Positions 8,651-18,643 of a DNA stretch of 64,000 nt are shown in pieces (positions within the stretch are counted from its first letter, which is position 1; each line of letters starts with the position of its first letter). Location: assembly GCA_963666985.2 (NCBI GenBank), contig CAXXIA010000002.1, forward strand, positions 1,440,001 through 1,504,000, read 5' to 3'. The notes beneath the pieces were generated by a model. The model ran no database searches. It saw only the letters and a program-made list of their open reading frames with translations, and had not been told where the DNA came from. This DNA comes from Spirochaetia bacterium (GTDB lineage: Bacteria; Spirochaetota; Spirochaetia; DSM-2461). A program made the position numbers and the translations under genes.

Positions 8651-11149
8651 TCAGGATCTGAGGATCTTTTTCACTTCCGCCTGAAGCGCGGGGAATTCCA
8701 CCGAAAGCCGCTCCAGACCAACACGGGCCGCTTCGGCATCCTGAGCATTGCCGGCATTCTCCAGTTCGGCCCCGGCTTCTCCGCAGCGCATCATGTCCAT
8801 GTTCCGACAGCTTCCCTTTATGGCGTGGCCGGTGGTGCGGATGGTCTCGAAGTCGCCGTCGGCGAAGGCCCGGTTCAGTTCGTTCAATTGGTCTTCCATT
8901 TTCGTCATAAGCGGTTTAAGAAGGCTTTTTACGGTGTCCGAGCTGCCGAGGAAGGTGGCGACCGCGGCATTATAATCGAAAACGGAAAAATCGGGATAAG
9001 CGCTTTCATATCCTTCGGGAGTCCGAGAAGAAAGGGGCTGAGGCGGTGCGGCGGAAGATGATGCCGTTTCGACTCTTCCCGCGGAAGACGCGGAGGCGCG
9101 GGAATCCGAGTTATCGCCGATTTCCGCGGATTCCGCGGACTCCCTCTTGGAAGCCGGCGGTTTTTGTACGGCGGCAGGACGGCCGAACGAAGATTTATAG
9201 CGTTCTATGGCACCGAGGATATCGACCTGCTTGAACGGCTTAGTTACCAAATCATCCATACCGCAGGCTTCGCATTTCTTCCGTTCTTCCGCAAGAGCAC
9301 TGGCAGTAACGGCGATGATGGGTCCTTCGTAACCGGACTCCCTGATGTTCTTGGTGGATTGATATCCGTTCATCACGGGCATCTGGCAATCCATGAACAC
9401 CAAATCGGGATGCTCCCGCACGGCGAGTTCCCAGGCCTCTTTCCCATTGGCGGCTTCCAATACCTCGTGACCGTTTTTCGCCAGAATCGCCTGCAGAAGC
9501 TTCCGATTGACCTCATGATCTTCCGCGATAAGGATGCGATACGCCGAAACAGCAGAAAGTTCCTCTACGGCGTTGAGTTCCTCAAGTTCTTCCAGTTCTT
9601 CGGCCAGCTCCAAATCCATATCACGGCTGAGCAGCCTGAAAACAGCGGCGGCCAATTCGTTTTGCCGGAACGGTTTCGTCAGGTAGAAATCGAACCAGCC
9701 GAGAAGTTTCATCTTCGCCTCAACCGCCCCGCGACCGCCTTTCATGGACATCAGGATCATTCTCGGAGCATTAAGCAAAGGATCTGACTGAACTTCGCTG
9801 GCGAATTGCCATCCGTCCATTTGCGGCATGGTTTGATCGACGATAACCAGTTCATAGGGCTGCGAGCCGGACTTCATCATAAAGAGGGCTTCCCGTCCTC
9901 CGCCGGCTTCGTCCACCCCAAGGCCCCATGCCTTTAGGATTCTGCCGAGCCTGTCCCGAATCGTGTCGTTATCATCAATTACCAGAACCCGCCTGCCGCC
10001 GAAAAACGCTTCGGGAATAACGGGAGTCTTAATGCCTCCGTCGGCTCTCTCAAATTCCAATTCGAAAAAGAAGGTGGATCCTTTCCCGGGTTCGCTGGAG
10101 AAGGACAGGTTTCCGCTCATCTGGGAAACGATGCTTCGGGAAATAAACAGCCCGAGGCCCGTACCGCCGAACCGGCGGGTCGTGGAACTGTCGGCCTGGT
10201 GAAAGGCCTGAAAAAGATGCTGCTGCTTTTCCGGCTCGATGCCGATTCCCGAATCGATAACGGAAAACTTCAGCCGAACCTTTTCTTCATCGATATCAAG
10301 AGTTTCAACATCCAGAACAACTTGTCCTTCGTGCGTAAATTTCACGGCGTTGTTGATGAGATTGATAATAACCTGACGTAATCTCGTAGGATCGCCGACG
10401 ATTTTATAGGGAACTCTCTGATCGATGAAAAGCCCGATGTCGACGTTTTTTTTATGCGCCTCCAGGGTTACAAGGTCGGTCGCGTCCTCAAGCATCTCAA
10501 AGAGATCGAATTCGGTCATCTCCATACGGAGCTTACCCGCTTCAATCTTCGAGAAATCCAGAATGTCGTTAATCAGCGTAAGAAGAACATCCGCCGCGAA
10601 ACGAATTTGCCCCAGATATTCCTTTTGTTCCTGATCCAATGATGTTTCATTCAGCAATTCGGACATCCCGATGACCGTATGAATCGGCGTCCGAATCTCA
10701 TGGCTGGTATTCGCAAGAAACTCACTCTTGGATTCCGTGGCTTTTTCAGCCTCGTCTTTCGCGTGAATGAGTTTCATCTCCAGACGTTTCTGGCCGGTGA
10801 TATCCGCGATCTGAACAAGAAACGCGCCGGAGGAATCCTGTTTGCCGAGCGAGAGGAACGACAGTCGAACCCAGCGATCGGGCATTCCGCTCGCAACCAG
10901 CTTCAATATAAGCCGATGCTTCCCCAGCCGATCCGATAAAAACCGTGAAAGTCCGGAAGACCACGCCTCGTAGTACGACGGATGAACCAAAGAATCGAAT
11001 CTTTGTATGGGTCCTTCACCGATACCGGTTAATTCCCGAAAAGTCTCGTTGCAATCCAGGATTTCAATTTGCGGACCGACTAAGGCGACTCCTTCGGAAT
11101 ATTTCTCCATGGTCTCGGCAAAATCAAGTTTATCAAACGGTCGGTGCAT
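8651..11149 (-). CDS. Hybrid sensor histidine kinase (PAS-HisKA-HATPase-REC-REC-Hpt)
   Basis: SHEIRTP H-box, NAVKFT, DSGIGI, GGTGLGL, two receiver domains (DQTMP, DCQMP) and HAIKGS Hpt motif. No obvious transmembrane segment. Confidence 0.93.
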   Translation of the reverse strand: MHRPFDKLDFAETMEKYSEGVALVGPQIEILDCNETFRELTGIGEGPIQRFDSLVHPSYYEAWSSGLSRFLSDRLGKHRLILKLVASGMPDRWVRLSFLSLGKQDSSGAFLVQIADITGQKRLEMKLIHAKDEAEKATESKSEFLANTSHEIRTPIHTVIGMSELLNETSLDQEQKEYLGQIRFAADVLLTLINDILDFSKIEAGKLRMEMTEFDLFEMLEDATDLVTLEAHKKNVDIGLFIDQRVPYKIVGDPTRLRQVIINLINNAVKFTHEGQVVLDVETLDIDEEKVRLKFSVIDSGIGIEPEKQQHLFQAFHQADSSTTRRFGGTGLGLFISRSIVSQMSGNLSFSSEPGKGSTFFFELEFERADGGIKTPVIPEAFFGGRRVLVIDDNDTIRDRLGRILKAWGLGVDEAGGGREALFMMKSGSQPYELVIVDQTMPQMDGWQFASEVQSDPLLNAPRMILMSMKGGRGAVEAKMKLLGWFDFYLTKPFRQNELAAAVFRLLSRDMDLELAEELEELEELNAVEELSAVSAYRILIAEDHEVNRKLLQAILAKNGHEVLEAANGKEAWELAVREHPDLVFMDCQMPVMNGYQSTKNIRESGYEGPIIAVTASALAEERKKCEACGMDDLVTKPFKQVDILGAIERYKSSFGRPAAVQKPPASKRESAESAEIGDNSDSRASASSAGRVETASSSAAPPQPLSSRTPEGYESAYPDFSVFDYNAAVATFLGSSDTVKSLLKPLMTKMEDQLNELNRAFADGDFETIRTTGHAIKGSCRNMDMMRCGEAGAELENAGNAQDAEAARVGLERLSVEFPALQAEVKKILRS

Positions 11150-11150
11150 A

Positions 11151-12398
11151 TCAGAAGTTTGCTCCGAGTATTTCCGCCGCCTTGGTTAATATTTCATCCG
11201 GTTTTACGGGTTTAATCAGGTAGCTGTTCACTCCGAATTCCCGCGCTTTAACAACGCTTTCCTTCCGCGAAAGAGCCGTAAGTATGATTGTGGGGATTTC
11301 GATGCTTTGGCCGTTCATCATCTGCAGAACGGCGAAACCGTTCATATCCGGCATCATAAGATCAAGAAAAAGCAAATCGAACGTCTTTTGCTCTTCCAAA
11401 GCTTCAACAAACTTAAGGCCGTTTTCAAAGGGAGTAACATCCCATCCGGTATCGGCGAAGGAACTCTTTATAATCTCTCGGACGATCATGTCGTCGTCCA
11501 CAACAGCCACATGCACCCGGCCCAAATGCGACAGACTGCTTTCTCTGCCTTCTTTCTCAAAATTCAACTGGAAAGCTTCCTGCTGAAACTCCTGTTTCGC
11601 GGAAAAAAACCGTTCCTGGACATTATCTTGTTCGGCGGTAAGCGATTCCATACCCTTAATGCCGAGCAGCCCGTCCATGGCCTCTTCAAGGGCTCCCACC
11701 ACCTCTATTTCATGGAGATTGGGATTCTTGGAAAGATATTTTTTAATTCCCTCGGAAACCGTTAATACCCGAATCCTATTGGGCTTCGTGACGAATTCGA
11801 GTACTTCGAGAAGAAGTGTTTCGAGTTTATTCCGATCTTCGCTTCGGAACTCGATATCGGTCATCAATATCAGGATCCTGGGATCTTCAACGGAATAAAG
11901 ACGAATCAGTTCCGCTATTTTATATCTGAGGAGATTAATCTTTTCACGGTTAAACCCACGCGCTATTTCAACGAAAAGAATTTGGTCGTTCAAATGCGCA
12001 TCAAGAATGCATGGCGTTTCATCAATTTCCACGGCGATATGAAGAATTTCAGTCAACGCGCTCAGCAGGGCGTCGATTCGAACGGGCTTGTTCAGGATTT
12101 TTTTCACACCCAAACGCGCGATTTCCATCACCTGATTTTTCTCAAGTTTCGAAATGGTCATAATCACCGGAATATTCCCAACGTTGGGATCGCTGGCCAT
12201 GGACTTCAGGATGTCCATGCTGCTCTTCCGCGTCAGGAAGTAATCCATGATGATCAAATCCGGAGATTGCTGACGGATTTTACTCCATCCGTCGAGGCCG
12301 TTTATCGCCAGCTTCACATCGAAGCCGTATTCCTGCAGCTGCTTGCTTAAAAAATCTCTGAGTAAAGAGGAATCATTGATCACCAGTATGGATTTCAT
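11151..12398 (-). CDS. Response regulator with N- and C-terminal receiver domains
   Basis: MKSILVINDS...PDLIIMD...KP and VVDDD...LFLDLMMP...KP; lies 1 nt from the kinase start. Confidence 0.88.
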   Translation of the reverse strand: MKSILVINDSSLLRDFLSKQLQEYGFDVKLAINGLDGWSKIRQQSPDLIIMDYFLTRKSSMDILKSMASDPNVGNIPVIMTISKLEKNQVMEIARLGVKKILNKPVRIDALLSALTEILHIAVEIDETPCILDAHLNDQILFVEIARGFNREKINLLRYKIAELIRLYSVEDPRILILMTDIEFRSEDRNKLETLLLEVLEFVTKPNRIRVLTVSEGIKKYLSKNPNLHEIEVVGALEEAMDGLLGIKGMESLTAEQDNVQERFFSAKQEFQQEAFQLNFEKEGRESSLSHLGRVHVAVVDDDMIVREIIKSSFADTGWDVTPFENGLKFVEALEEQKTFDLLFLDLMMPDMNGFAVLQMMNGQSIEIPTIILTALSRKESVVKAREFGVNSYLIKPVKPDEILTKAAEILGANF

Positions 12399-12464
12399 AG
12401 TTCCATTATATTCATGAATGGCTGAACTGTGGAAAGGTTTATCGCCTTTAGCCATAATAATGAA

Positions 12465-13658
12465 ATGATTCCGGATCCATTGCTGGAAACTTCCGGCTCG
12501 GCTGATTCACTCACGCTTGAAAAAGCACTCTTTTCCAAACGCCGCTTCAGATGGAGAGAAGGCGAACGGGAATTGATTGCCCGATACAGCTGGGATTCCG
12601 ACGGACGGCAGACAGCCGAAGAACGGGACGCCGAAAGCCACCTGTTTGCCTATGATAAAAAAGGCCGGCGGACAGCCCGATATCGATTGGATTCGGACGG
12701 ACGGGTTACCGAAAGAGAAATATGGGAATGGGACGGAAAGGATCGGAAAACCCGCCGGATTCTCAGATGCGCCGAGAATCCCGAAGAGCAGGAATGGATC
12801 TACGAGCACGACGATTCCGGCCGGATGACGGCCGAACGTAAAGACAAAAAAATCCGTGTTGAAAAAAGAGACGGCGAAGGACGCATTGTCCGGGAATACC
12901 TGTATGACGGTGAAAACGCCGATTTAACAACCGACTACTCCTACGATTCGGACGGCCGACTGATTGAAGCGGTGATAAAAGACCCCGACGGCGCCATCCA
13001 GCGGAAAACCGTATATACATGGGATCAGGAAGGCCGGCCGGCTTCACTGCAGGTAACCGATTCGCGCGGTAAGATTATCAGGGACGAATCGTACGCATAC
13101 GGCGCCGTCCATGGTAAGCGATGGCTTGAGCGGGTTACATGGATTCCCGACGGCGGAAGGAAGGGCAAAAAACGTCCGCGGGAGGTTATCTACCGTTCCT
13201 TTACGTTCGGATCGGCCGAAACACGAGCCGATCGGGAACCGGAAGAAATACGTGCTTACTCAAACGGCGTTTACCGCGGACCTCTTTTGGGAGATAAACC
13301 GGAAGGAACCGGGATTTTTCAATATAATGATGAGAGCCGATACGAAGGAGATTTCCGCAACGGCGTGATGGAAGGCCGAGGCCGTCTTACATGGCCCGAC
13401 GGCCGAATAATGGAAGGGAACTTCAGCGGAGGTCTGCTGGAAGGAGACGGATTCTGCGTATGGGAGGACGGAAGCCGGTACGGCGGCCGGTTCCGAAACG
13501 GACGCATGCACGGACCGGGAACGTTCACCTGGGCGGACGGCACGCAATTCGAGGGCCTCTTCGAAAACGGAACACGGACGGATCAGGGCGTTTGGGAGCG
13601 GCCCGATGCAAAAGCATCGGCATCCCGAGCTCCGAACCGGACCGATACGGAAGGATAA
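12465..13658 (+). CDS. YD/RHS-like repeat plus MORN repeat protein
   Basis: N-half has YSWDSDGR / YDKKGR / YDSDGRL repeats; C-half has YEGDFRNGVMEGRG-type MORN repeats. Start uncertain (12429 GTG or 12465 ATG). Confidence 0.8.
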   Translation: MIPDPLLETSGSADSLTLEKALFSKRRFRWREGERELIARYSWDSDGRQTAEERDAESHLFAYDKKGRRTARYRLDSDGRVTEREIWEWDGKDRKTRRILRCAENPEEQEWIYEHDDSGRMTAERKDKKIRVEKRDGEGRIVREYLYDGENADLTTDYSYDSDGRLIEAVIKDPDGAIQRKTVYTWDQEGRPASLQVTDSRGKIIRDESYAYGAVHGKRWLERVTWIPDGGRKGKKRPREVIYRSFTFGSAETRADREPEEIRAYSNGVYRGPLLGDKPEGTGIFQYNDESRYEGDFRNGVMEGRGRLTWPDGRIMEGNFSGGLLEGDGFCVWEDGSRYGGRFRNGRMHGPGTFTWADGTQFEGLFENGTRTDQGVWERPDAKASASRAPNRTDTEG

Positions 13659-13664
13659 TTACCG

Positions 13665-14321
13665 ATGAAACCGAAATGTCTTGTCCTCGATCATGACGAC
13701 ACAGCCGTCGACAGCACCGCTTCGGTGCATTACCCGGCTCACCTGGAGGTTATGAAGCGGCTGAGGCCCGACATGCCGATAATAGATCTGGATGAATGGT
13801 TCGAAAAGAATTTCCATCCGGGCATCATGACCTTTTTTACGGAAGAACTCGCTCTTTCACCGGAGGAAATGGAAGAAGAATACCGTATCTGGCAGGAATT
13901 CAACGCGGAACGGAATCCGCCGTTCTACGACGGATTGCCCGGGCTCCTTTCGGAGTACATCGCGGCGGGAGGAATCCTCGCGGTGGTATCCCATTCAACC
14001 GAAGAAAACATCCGCCGACATTACAGCCACGGCGCTCCGGGCGTGGAGCCCCGTTTCGTTTTCGGCTGGGATTATGCACCGGAAAAACGAAAGCCTTCCC
14101 CCTGGCCCATCCTGAAGATTCTCGAAGAGACGGGATTGGACGCCTCCGATGTGCTGGTTGTTGATGATTTGAAGCCGGGTGTTGAAATGGCCCGCGCCGC
14201 CGGAACGCGGGTGGCCGCCGCCGGGTGGGGGCACGCCGTGCCGTCCATTCGGAAAGCGATGGAAGATCTTTGCGATTTTTGGCTCCCGGATATTGCCGCT
14301 CTGCGGGCGCTGGTACTCTGA
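13665..14321 (+). CDS. HAD-superfamily hydrolase
   Basis: LDHDDT motif I, VVSHS, RKPSP and VVDD. Confidence 0.85.
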   Translation: MKPKCLVLDHDDTAVDSTASVHYPAHLEVMKRLRPDMPIIDLDEWFEKNFHPGIMTFFTEELALSPEEMEEEYRIWQEFNAERNPPFYDGLPGLLSEYIAAGGILAVVSHSTEENIRRHYSHGAPGVEPRFVFGWDYAPEKRKPSPWPILKILEETGLDASDVLVVDDLKPGVEMARAAGTRVAAAGWGHAVPSIRKAMEDLCDFWLPDIAALRALVL

Positions 14322-14353
14322 ATTCGAGACGAAGAAGACAAGGAGTAGGATTC

Positions 14354-14662
14354 ATGTTCGATGACTATGAATGGAATGTAACGGAGGGCATAGGGAATCC
14401 CGAAGATCTGACTCTGCTCTCGCTCTCCACATGCGGTTTTTGCGCCGGAGCCCGCCGATACCTCACCGATCGCGGCCTCGCGTTTCGGTACCTGCAGCTC
14501 GATACAATCCCGGACGAGGATAAAACAAAGCTGAAAGAAGACTTTCGCAAGGCATTCGGCCGCCGTCCTTCGTTCCCGACGCTGGTAATCGACGGAGAAA
14601 GGTATCTCATCGGCTTCATTAAGAAACATTGGGACGAAGAAGTCCGTCCCGAAGACCTTTAA
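14354..14662 (+). CDS. Glutaredoxin family protein
   Basis: SLSTCGFC CxxC motif, SFPTLVID cis-Pro motif, IGF. Start at ATG 14354 after AGGA. Confidence 0.85.
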   Translation: MFDDYEWNVTEGIGNPEDLTLLSLSTCGFCAGARRYLTDRGLAFRYLQLDTIPDEDKTKLKEDFRKAFGRRPSFPTLVIDGERYLIGFIKKHWDEEVRPEDL

Positions 14663-14665
14663 ACC

Positions 14666-14992
14666 ATGACGAACACGAAAGAATTTGCCCGAAAAGCCGC
14701 TGAAAAAAACGGCTGGGTTCTTCAGCCCGATAAGGATTTTTTGAAATCGATCCTCGCGGGACTCGATGCCACAAGAAAAAAGCACGGATACTTCCTCTGC
14801 CCCTGCCGGGAAGGCTGGGGAGAGAAAGATCAAGACCGGGATATCATCTGCCCATGCCGCTACGCCCATATCGATATTGAACAATACGGACAATGCTATT
14901 GCGGGCTGTTCCTGTCTGAGGAAAAAGCGTCTTCAGGCGAGGCTCCCGTATCCATCCCCGACAGCCGCCCCGAAGAACTCTATCCGGACTGA
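14666..14992 (+). CDS. Ferredoxin-thioredoxin reductase catalytic subunit-like protein
   Basis: CPC...CPC...CYC cysteine pattern characteristic of the FTR catalytic chain. Confidence 0.9.
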   Translation: MTNTKEFARKAAEKNGWVLQPDKDFLKSILAGLDATRKKHGYFLCPCREGWGEKDQDRDIICPCRYAHIDIEQYGQCYCGLFLSEEKASSGEAPVSIPDSRPEELYPD

Positions 14993-15151
14993 CAAACCGA
15001 AGCGGCCGACCGATGGACTGGGGTATCGCCGAGCCTGTTCGGCGAACCATTCGGCCGTCCGAATTGAAAAGAGATTGAACCGCAATAATGAATTATTCCG
15101 CCGGGCGAATAAGACGATCTTCACAGACCGCCGAGAATCCCGCGATCCGGA

Positions 15152-15484
15152 TCAGTCGTCCAGAGAAATCTCGCCGAGATCGGCCAATTGCTTAATCGCT
15201 TCGTCTTTCTGATTAACCTTGGTTTTCTTAACGGCCTTTCGAAGAACGTTGGCCCACTGCTTCTCGGGAAGCTCAAGTTTCAGATCCTCAAGGAGTTCGA
15301 GGATCTCTTCGCTCATTTCAATGTTATAAATCTTCTCGGCGTCGTGGAAAAACAGATCGGCGAACTCGTTGATAAAATCCCCGGGTGACCGATCCTCACG
15401 CTGTCCCTTTCTCTCCAGTACCATTTCCCGTTTCCGGGCTTTTTTAATTTCCCTATCTCTACGTGCTAAGTCGGTACTTTTCAT
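15152..15484 (-). CDS. Hypothetical charged protein
   Basis: 110-aa ORF with AGGAG SD and protein-like composition. Confidence 0.75.
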   Translation of the reverse strand: MKSTDLARRDREIKKARKREMVLERKGQREDRSPGDFINEFADLFFHDAEKIYNIEMSEEILELLEDLKLELPEKQWANVLRKAVKKTKVNQKDEAIKQLADLGEISLDD

Positions 15485-15557
15485 GACATTAACTCCTGAA
15501 TTGCAGATGAGATAATACTGCTGAGATGAGGAAAGGGCAAGGTAACTTACAAGACTG

Positions 15558-16220
15558 TCAGAATCCCGCGGTGGTTAGGGCGTTTCCGTCATGAATCCCC
15601 CAAAGGGGCTGGAAATCATCGCCGATCAATGCCGCCGAAATAAGAATATCCTCATAATCGATTCGAGCGTAATAAGGCCGATAAACGTTTTCCGCCGTTA
15701 AGATGCGAACAACATATCCGCCGCGGTATGACTGCGAAACTTCATCCGCGACCGAAGGATTCTCAGGGTAGGTGCGGACAATCTCATCATAAAGTTCCTC
15801 GGGTGCCCTTTCCAGAAGAAACGAAATCCGAATACCGCCGCTTTCATACTCATAAATCCATTTTTCCGGATTCTCATCGGGCAGATTTTTCAGCTTCGCC
15901 GAAGCCGGTTCAAAACGGGAGGTACCGAAAGCGCGATTTAAGGCCATCTCTTCGGCTCTGCCGGATGAGACCAAATACGCCGTTAATCCGTCGAGATCTC
16001 CAACCTCCAAGCTCCCGTACCGGCCGAAAGATCCGAGCTTCACGGAAAAAACGACGCCGCGGTACACGCTTCTTCCGAAAAGCCCGTCGTCGAAATCCCG
16101 ATAAATGGTCACCGCCGGATCATCCCCGATCTTCAAAGGACCTTTGGCTTCCGCGGCCGCCGTCAGCAGCACAAGCAATGCCGCGGCCGCTCCGATTCGT
16201 TTATTCCATGAACGTGACAT
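15558..16220 (-). CDS. Exported hypothetical protein
   Basis: Signal-peptide-like N-terminus (AAAALLVLLTAAAEA); overlaps the end of the upstream gene. Confidence 0.7.
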   Translation of the reverse strand: MSRSWNKRIGAAAALLVLLTAAAEAKGPLKIGDDPAVTIYRDFDDGLFGRSVYRGVVFSVKLGSFGRYGSLEVGDLDGLTAYLVSSGRAEEMALNRAFGTSRFEPASAKLKNLPDENPEKWIYEYESGGIRISFLLERAPEELYDEIVRTYPENPSVADEVSQSYRGGYVVRILTAENVYRPYYARIDYEDILISAALIGDDFQPLWGIHDGNALTTAGF

Positions 16221-16992
16221 AGTCGTACCCCGCTGCGGTGAAAATCTCGGTAAGAAAAGACCGGGCTTCTTTTTCGGCCGCGTCCAAAAGTCCTCCCTTA
16301 AGGGCCATTTCCCGCAGACTCGGTTCCAGAGTATCGGTCAGAAGCCGCCATTCTTCGGGAGAAAGAGGAACATCGGGAAATCCTTCGGATGCGGCGTTCC
16401 TGTCGCGGACAATAAAGGAAAGCACCCTAACCGGAGGCGGAACGATTTCAAGCCCTCGGGAGCCGTTTTCAGTTTCAACGATTCGAATGCCTTCAACATC
16501 TCCGCCGGGCTCCGCGGCGGTAAAGCCGGACATCCAAGCCTCCAAATCCATCCCGGCCCGAACCTCCGCGGAAAGAACGACGAATCGGTAATCCGGTTTT
16601 CCCGGATCGATACCGACTTTACGGCAAAGATTATAGATTTCCGCATAGCGCCAAGCCTCCGGAACCCGGCCGCCGGGATGCCAGGACGGGTCGGCCTTCC
16701 GGAGGAAAAAATCGGGCGCCCGGTCGTATTGAAGTTTTAAATAAGCCCAGTCGGCCTCATCATCGCCTATAAAATCAAAAGGGAACACAATCTTCATGTC
16801 ATAGACGGCACTTTCAAGTTCTTCAAGACTGCGAATTTCTTCCAGAATGGACCAGGATGCCGAGGTTTTCTTCGGCGCAAAGATTCCGCCGGAGGGCCAT
16901 CCTTGAACCTTCCACGCAAAAAAAAGGAAAGAGGCGGCGATGATGACCAGAAGAAGCATCGGCGCCAGAAGAACGCGGCGGGACTTAGCCAT
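16201..16992 (-). CDS. DUF4230-like membrane-anchored protein
   Basis: N-terminal TM segment, VRAGMDL, and C-terminal GGLLDAAEKEARSFLTEIF...GY. Start at ATG 16992 after GGAGG. Confidence 0.72.
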   Translation of the reverse strand: MAKSRRVLLAPMLLLVIIAASFLFFAWKVQGWPSGGIFAPKKTSASWSILEEIRSLEELESAVYDMKIVFPFDFIGDDEADWAYLKLQYDRAPDFFLRKADPSWHPGGRVPEAWRYAEIYNLCRKVGIDPGKPDYRFVVLSAEVRAGMDLEAWMSGFTAAEPGGDVEGIRIVETENGSRGLEIVPPPVRVLSFIVRDRNAASEGFPDVPLSPEEWRLLTDTLEPSLREMALKGGLLDAAEKEARSFLTEIFTAAGYDYVTFME

Positions 16993-17677
16993 TCCCGCCT
17001 CCTTCGGACACGCTTTTTCCCGAGGCATTCTCCGGTTCATTCTTATCGGAGCCGCCCGTAGTTGATGCATCGGCCTTATCCGTCTTCAGAGGCGGTCCGA
17101 AGATAACCTCGCCGCCTTCACCCAGGTTCAGAATTCTCGCTACGGCGTTTCGAGCGTTCTCTTCCGCTCTTTCCAGGATTCCGCCTTCCAAAGCGGACCG
17201 ACGATTCTCCTCTCCCTGAGCGATTACCTGGGGCATATAATCCCCCATGAGAACCGGATTCAACACCGCGGATTCTTTAAGAAACATCTGGTGAATGGAC
17301 GACTCATCGGCATCCCAGGAGAAAACCTCCGCAGGCGGCATCCGAACCTCCAGAATGTCCCCCGGAAGTTCCCGGATTTCCAATCCGCGGGAAAAGTCCA
17401 CACCGGCGACAACATTGTATTCCAAGGTAAACAGAACCTGTTTCCCGCCGAGCCAAAAGTTTTTTTCCTCAACGTAGATAACGGAACGGTATGTCTGGCT
17501 TACCGTTTTCAAACGCCTCAAATCGCGAAGTCTGGCTTCCATAACATCGACGCGGCTCTCATCTCCGCCGGACCCGCGGAGAATATGGAAACCGGCTCCC
17601 GCCAGAAGAACAGTGAGAATGATAAGAATGATCTCGAAAGATCCTATGCGGAACTTACGACGATTCGGCGACGCCAT
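16985..17677 (-). CDS. DUF4230 domain protein
   Basis: N-terminal TM segment, VVAGVDFS, VRMPPAEV, GILERAEENA. Confidence 0.8.
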   Translation of the reverse strand: MASPNRRKFRIGSFEIILIILTVLLAGAGFHILRGSGGDESRVDVMEARLRDLRRLKTVSQTYRSVIYVEEKNFWLGGKQVLFTLEYNVVAGVDFSRGLEIRELPGDILEVRMPPAEVFSWDADESSIHQMFLKESAVLNPVLMGDYMPQVIAQGEENRRSALEGGILERAEENARNAVARILNLGEGGEVIFGPPLKTDKADASTTGGSDKNEPENASGKSVSEGGGNG

Positions 17678-17778
17678 AATTCATTATGGCTCCGGTCCGG
17701 AGGCTTAGCAAACCCGGAAATTCGAAAATCGGCCGCTTCCAACGGACAAACGGGTTTGAAACACCGGCCGCGCGATCC

Positions 17779-18411
17779 TCACACAGACGCAAGAACCTGT
17801 TCAAAAAACGGCCGATAATCTATGCCGCCGGGAAGCGCTGTTGTTCCGGAATCCAGACGCATCCGGAAATCCGCGATTAAATTCTCCAAAGCCGAAGCAA
17901 GCCCGAGCCCATGCTCCGGGCGGGATTTCAGCCGCTTCGGAATGCCTCCGGACGCCAGAATAAGCGCGGCCTCCACTTGCTGAACGGGCTGCGCCTCTCC
18001 CGATTCGGGGAAGGAGAAATCCGAAATCACCGGACAATTCAGAACCGCGGCAAGGGAGGCATCCAAATCCGCTCCCAATCCCTCCATGGACGCGGCCTCG
18101 TCGGGATACCGCGTTTCGAACAGACAGAGAAACGCCGCCGCGGCCCAGGTAACGAATCGGAGGGCATCCGTTTTTACATCCGCATCGAGAGAATCCGGAT
18201 TTCGGGACGAAGAAAAACTCCCGTCGGGACGCTGAGAGGCCATAAGGGACCGGGCATATCCGGCAAGAACTTCAAGCCCGTATTCCGGAGGCAGACGATT
18301 CTCGGAGAACGCCTCCAATACGCCTCGAAGCCGTCCGCTGACGGCCGCCAAATGTTCGTACTCGTTATCTTCCGCTGCAGTGAATTTCCGGGGCAGTATC
18401 ATGGAATGCAT
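17779..18411 (-). CDS. Hypothetical protein
   Basis: 210-aa ORF including a QRPDGSF motif reminiscent of alpha/alpha-toroid folds. Confidence 0.6.
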   Translation of the reverse strand: MHSMILPRKFTAAEDNEYEHLAAVSGRLRGVLEAFSENRLPPEYGLEVLAGYARSLMASQRPDGSFSSSRNPDSLDADVKTDALRFVTWAAAAFLCLFETRYPDEAASMEGLGADLDASLAAVLNCPVISDFSFPESGEAQPVQQVEAALILASGGIPKRLKSRPEHGLGLASALENLIADFRMRLDSGTTALPGGIDYRPFFEQVLASV

Positions 18412-18643
18412 TGTAAGAACTCGCGCTCGCTCTGGCTATAGAATCTCCCGTATCGGGCCGGACGGGCGGCAATCGCAGGGCGGCAATCGCAGGGCGGCAA
18501 AAAACCTCGCTAACGATTATTCCATCGGAAACCCGCGGCAGCGCGGCGTTATCGGGATTCCGGCGGATATCTTCATCCGCGGATTGCCGCCGCCGAGAAC
18601 CGGCCTTACGCGCCAAAATCGGCGATTCCGGCCGCACGCCTTC

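Noticed and set aside
18464..18500. 14-bp tandem repeat GGGCGGCAATCGCA (about 2.6 copies)
   Set aside because: A short intergenic slippage-type repeat with no evidence of function.
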